NCBI RefSeq assembly: GCF_000372725.1
Contig: NW_005202428.1
Location: 648,679-705,832 of the forward strand
Origin: Emiliania huxleyi CCMP1516
Taxonomy: Eukaryota
Length of the DNA: 57,154 bases
Reading direction: 5' to 3'
Program-made: the position numbers and the translations under genes
Notes under the pieces: generated by a model
The model's input: the letters and a program-made list of their open reading frames with translations, nothing else
Databases searched by the model: none
What the model was told of the DNA's origin: nothing
Part shown: one piece after another, positions 54,519 to 57,154 of the stretch
How positions within the stretch are numbered: position 1 is the first letter of the stretch
How the letters are laid out: every line of letters starts with the position of its first letter

Positions 54519-57154
54519 TCACGCCTTGCGCCGGGCGGACTTGCCGCCGCCCTTGGCCTTGCCGGAAGGAGGCTTGGCGCTCGCGGCGGCGGCTTCGAGC
54601 GACGCGCGCTTGGCGCGCAGCGCGTCCGCGGCCACCGCCTTCTTCTGGATGCCGTGCTGCATCCGGTCGTAGAGCCGCCGCTTCTTGCGCGACATCATCA
54701 TCTTCGCGAGCTCCTGTTCAGGGGGGGGGGGGGGGGTGTGAAGAGGCGCCGGTCGCACCATGCCGCCACGCACGCATCCTCTGTGCGCGCCTTCTCTTCG
54801 GCAGCGCGCGCCGCTGCCGCCTCTTCAGCGCCTCCTCCTCCTCCTCCCCCGCCGCCCGCCGCCGCCCGCCGTTTGGCCGCCTTGAGCTCGGAGTAAGGCA
54901 CACCCTCGGCCTGGGCGCGCACCTGGCGTGACACGAGTGCGGGCGTGACACGAAAGCGGAGGGGGGGGGGGGGGGCACATCGCCTAGCTCGGACACACGC
55001 AGCCACAGCAGCAGAGGCGGCGCAGCCTCGGCCTCTCCTCTGCTGGCATCTCGGCCCTATCTCGGCCCTATCTCGGCCCTGTCTCGGCCCTGTCTCAGTC
55101 GCACCTCCGCGGCGAAGGCGGCCGCATCCTCGTCCTCCTCCTCCTCCTCGCCCTCCTCCTCGCCCTCGCCCTCGCTGCCCGCCTCCCCCTCGCTCTCCTC
55201 GTCGCTCTCCTCACCGCCGCCCTCGCTGCAATCCTCGCCGCCGCCGCCCTCGCCCTCCGCCTCGCCCGCCCCGCCGCTGGCGGTGAGGGCGGCGCGCACC
55301 CGCTCGAGGGGCGTGTACCCCTCGTCGCCTAAAAAAGAAAAAAACCGCCCCGCTCAACAGAAACAAACCCCGCATGATGGGGTCGTGTGCTCTTCGTCGC
55401 CGTCGAGGAAGGGCGAGAGGTGCGGCGGGCACAGCCGTCCCGGCCGGTACGGCGCCTGCGGTGTGAACACTGCGGCGTGAACACGCCAGCCTCAGGGCGG
55501 GAGTACGGCACTCGCCAGCACCGCGTGACTGCGGCGGGATACGAGTACGAGTACAGCGAGCACGGCCGAATGCGGCGGAATGCGTGCGTGTCCTCTCGAG
55601 CGCTAGTTGGAAGAGAGGAGCCCGAATGTTCTGCTTCTAGGGTGCGGCGCCGTCGGCAGCAACGCGCGCGCGTTGATGCAGTCGTACACCCACCTAGCTC
55701 GACGAGATGCAGAGGTCGGACGGGGCCGCGCAGCGGTTTCGGCACCGCAAGACTACGCGGGGCACACGGAGTACGGCCGAGCAGAGCCGAGTGCAGCCGC
55801 ACCACGTGTCTGCTCGACTGCTAGCTCGACTGAAGGGGAAAGTGTCCTCGCCCCCGAGTCCAGCTGCTGGCTGGAGTGCACATGAGAAGAGAGGGGGGGA
55901 GGGGGGGGGAGGGGTGTGCCGCTTCTAGGTCCGCGGTACTGCGGCTGTACGAACTCTCGCGTCTTCGGCAGCATGTCCTCCTCCGCCATGGGCCGGTCCA
56001 CGATCTGGTGGGTGATGCTGCCATCCGACCCCTATTCTTGTTTGATTGGATTTGGGTACCGGGTTTGGCAGGGTACTGGGCGCTGCTGCTGCCCGACGCC
56101 TCGAGCCGCGACGCCTCGCCGTCCCACCCGAGCGTGCCTAATCCAGCCCGTGCATCCCACTCGCCCGGTGGGGAGGTTGGTTGAGGGTGGGCCTCCGCAG
56201 GCAAGCACGACGAGGTGTCTGGGAAGTGTCTAGGAGGTGTCTAGGAGGTGTCAAGGAAGTGCCTCCGCAGGCAAGCACGACGAAGTGTCTGGGAAGTGTC
56301 TAGGAGGTGTCTAGGAGGTGTCAAGGAAGTGCCTCCGCAGGCAAGCACGACGAACTCGAGCGAGCGCAGCGGGCACTCGCGGCCGCAATACAGCACGCAC
56401 GACCCAAACAGCTGCCGGAGCGCCTGGGTCGCCGTCAGGGCTGAGTGTCACGCACCACGCTCCATTAAGGGTGTGCTCCGTCGCTGCCGCCCAGCGCCTT
56501 GATCTCAGGCGCCATCTCCGCGTCGAGATCCTCTTGCTCGCCGTCGCCGCCCGCCGCGGCCGCCTCCTCCGCCTCCTCCGCCGCCTCCTCCTCCGCCGCC
56601 GCGTCCGCCGCGCCGTCGGTGTCGACGCGCGACAGCTTCTTGCGAAGCGCCGCCAGCTGCTCGGCCGATGGCGGCTTGGCGCCGCGCGCCGCCGCGCCGC
56701 CGCCGCCGCCGGGCGCAGAGAGGGCGGTTGGCGGCGGCGCGAGTGGTGGTGCGGCGCCCGGAGTCCGCATCGGCCCGGCGGAGGGGAGCATCAGCATGGC
56801 GGAGAGGCGGCCGCCCTTCGCGTCGGTGGTGTCGTCGATGGGCGGCGGGTAGGCGAGGGCGGCGTCGTGGTAGAGCTTGTAGTTTGTGAGCGTCATCAGC
56901 GCCTGCGCGCTCCGGCAGCCTCGGTGCGATCTCGGTGCGATCTCGGTGCGATCTCGGCGTGATCTCGGTGTGATCTCGAGGGTGTGTTTGCGCCTCGTAG
57001 AGCTCGAGGAGGTGACTGGGAAGTGTCTTGGAGGTGACTAGGAAGTGTCTTGGAGGTGCCTGGGAGGTGTCTTGGAGGTGCCTGGGAGGTGTCTTGGAGG
57101 CGAGTAGGAGGTGTCTTGGAGGCGGTGTCTGCGCCTCGTAGAGCTCGAGGAAGG
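54519..57154 (-). CDS. PES1: Pescadillo (PES1/Nop7) homolog, 3' portion, multi-exon
   Basis: NYKLYHDAALAYPP, the BRCT region LEFVVL...GGEVGWD...ITHQIVDRP...REFVQPQ, PPHLSPFLD and ELAKMMMSRKKRRLYDRMQHG. Confidence 0.9.

Overview
This is a eukaryotic, very GC-rich, intron-dense draft-assembly window with six N-gaps. Abundant GC-AG introns, ~10-bp intronic satellites and the gene content point to a haptophyte of the Emiliania/Gephyrocapsa huxleyi type (inferred). Conserved genes: bestrophin, a tail-anchored PUB protein, a Wss1/WLM protease, a DUF707-like protein, a degenerate SRA + zinc-finger gene abutting an MMS22L-like/UBA gene, a calpain-like protease, Nup96, a pseudo-alpha/beta-hydrolase, an iGluR-like channel, GST, a PAP2 phosphatase and the 3' part of pescadillo. 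Three patterns stand out. (1) A 21-kb accessory cluster of intronless repeat proteins (trypsin-ARM, three ankyrin genes, F-box-RCC1) has near-identical repeat units that vary mainly at predicted binding-surface codons, resembling an innate-immune receptor repertoire. (2) Many introns begin with a near-copy of the next exon's start ('echo' introns). (3) There may be an SRA/zf-MMS22L-UBA fusion. All gene models were read by eye, and domain calls rest on recalled motifs rather than database searches.
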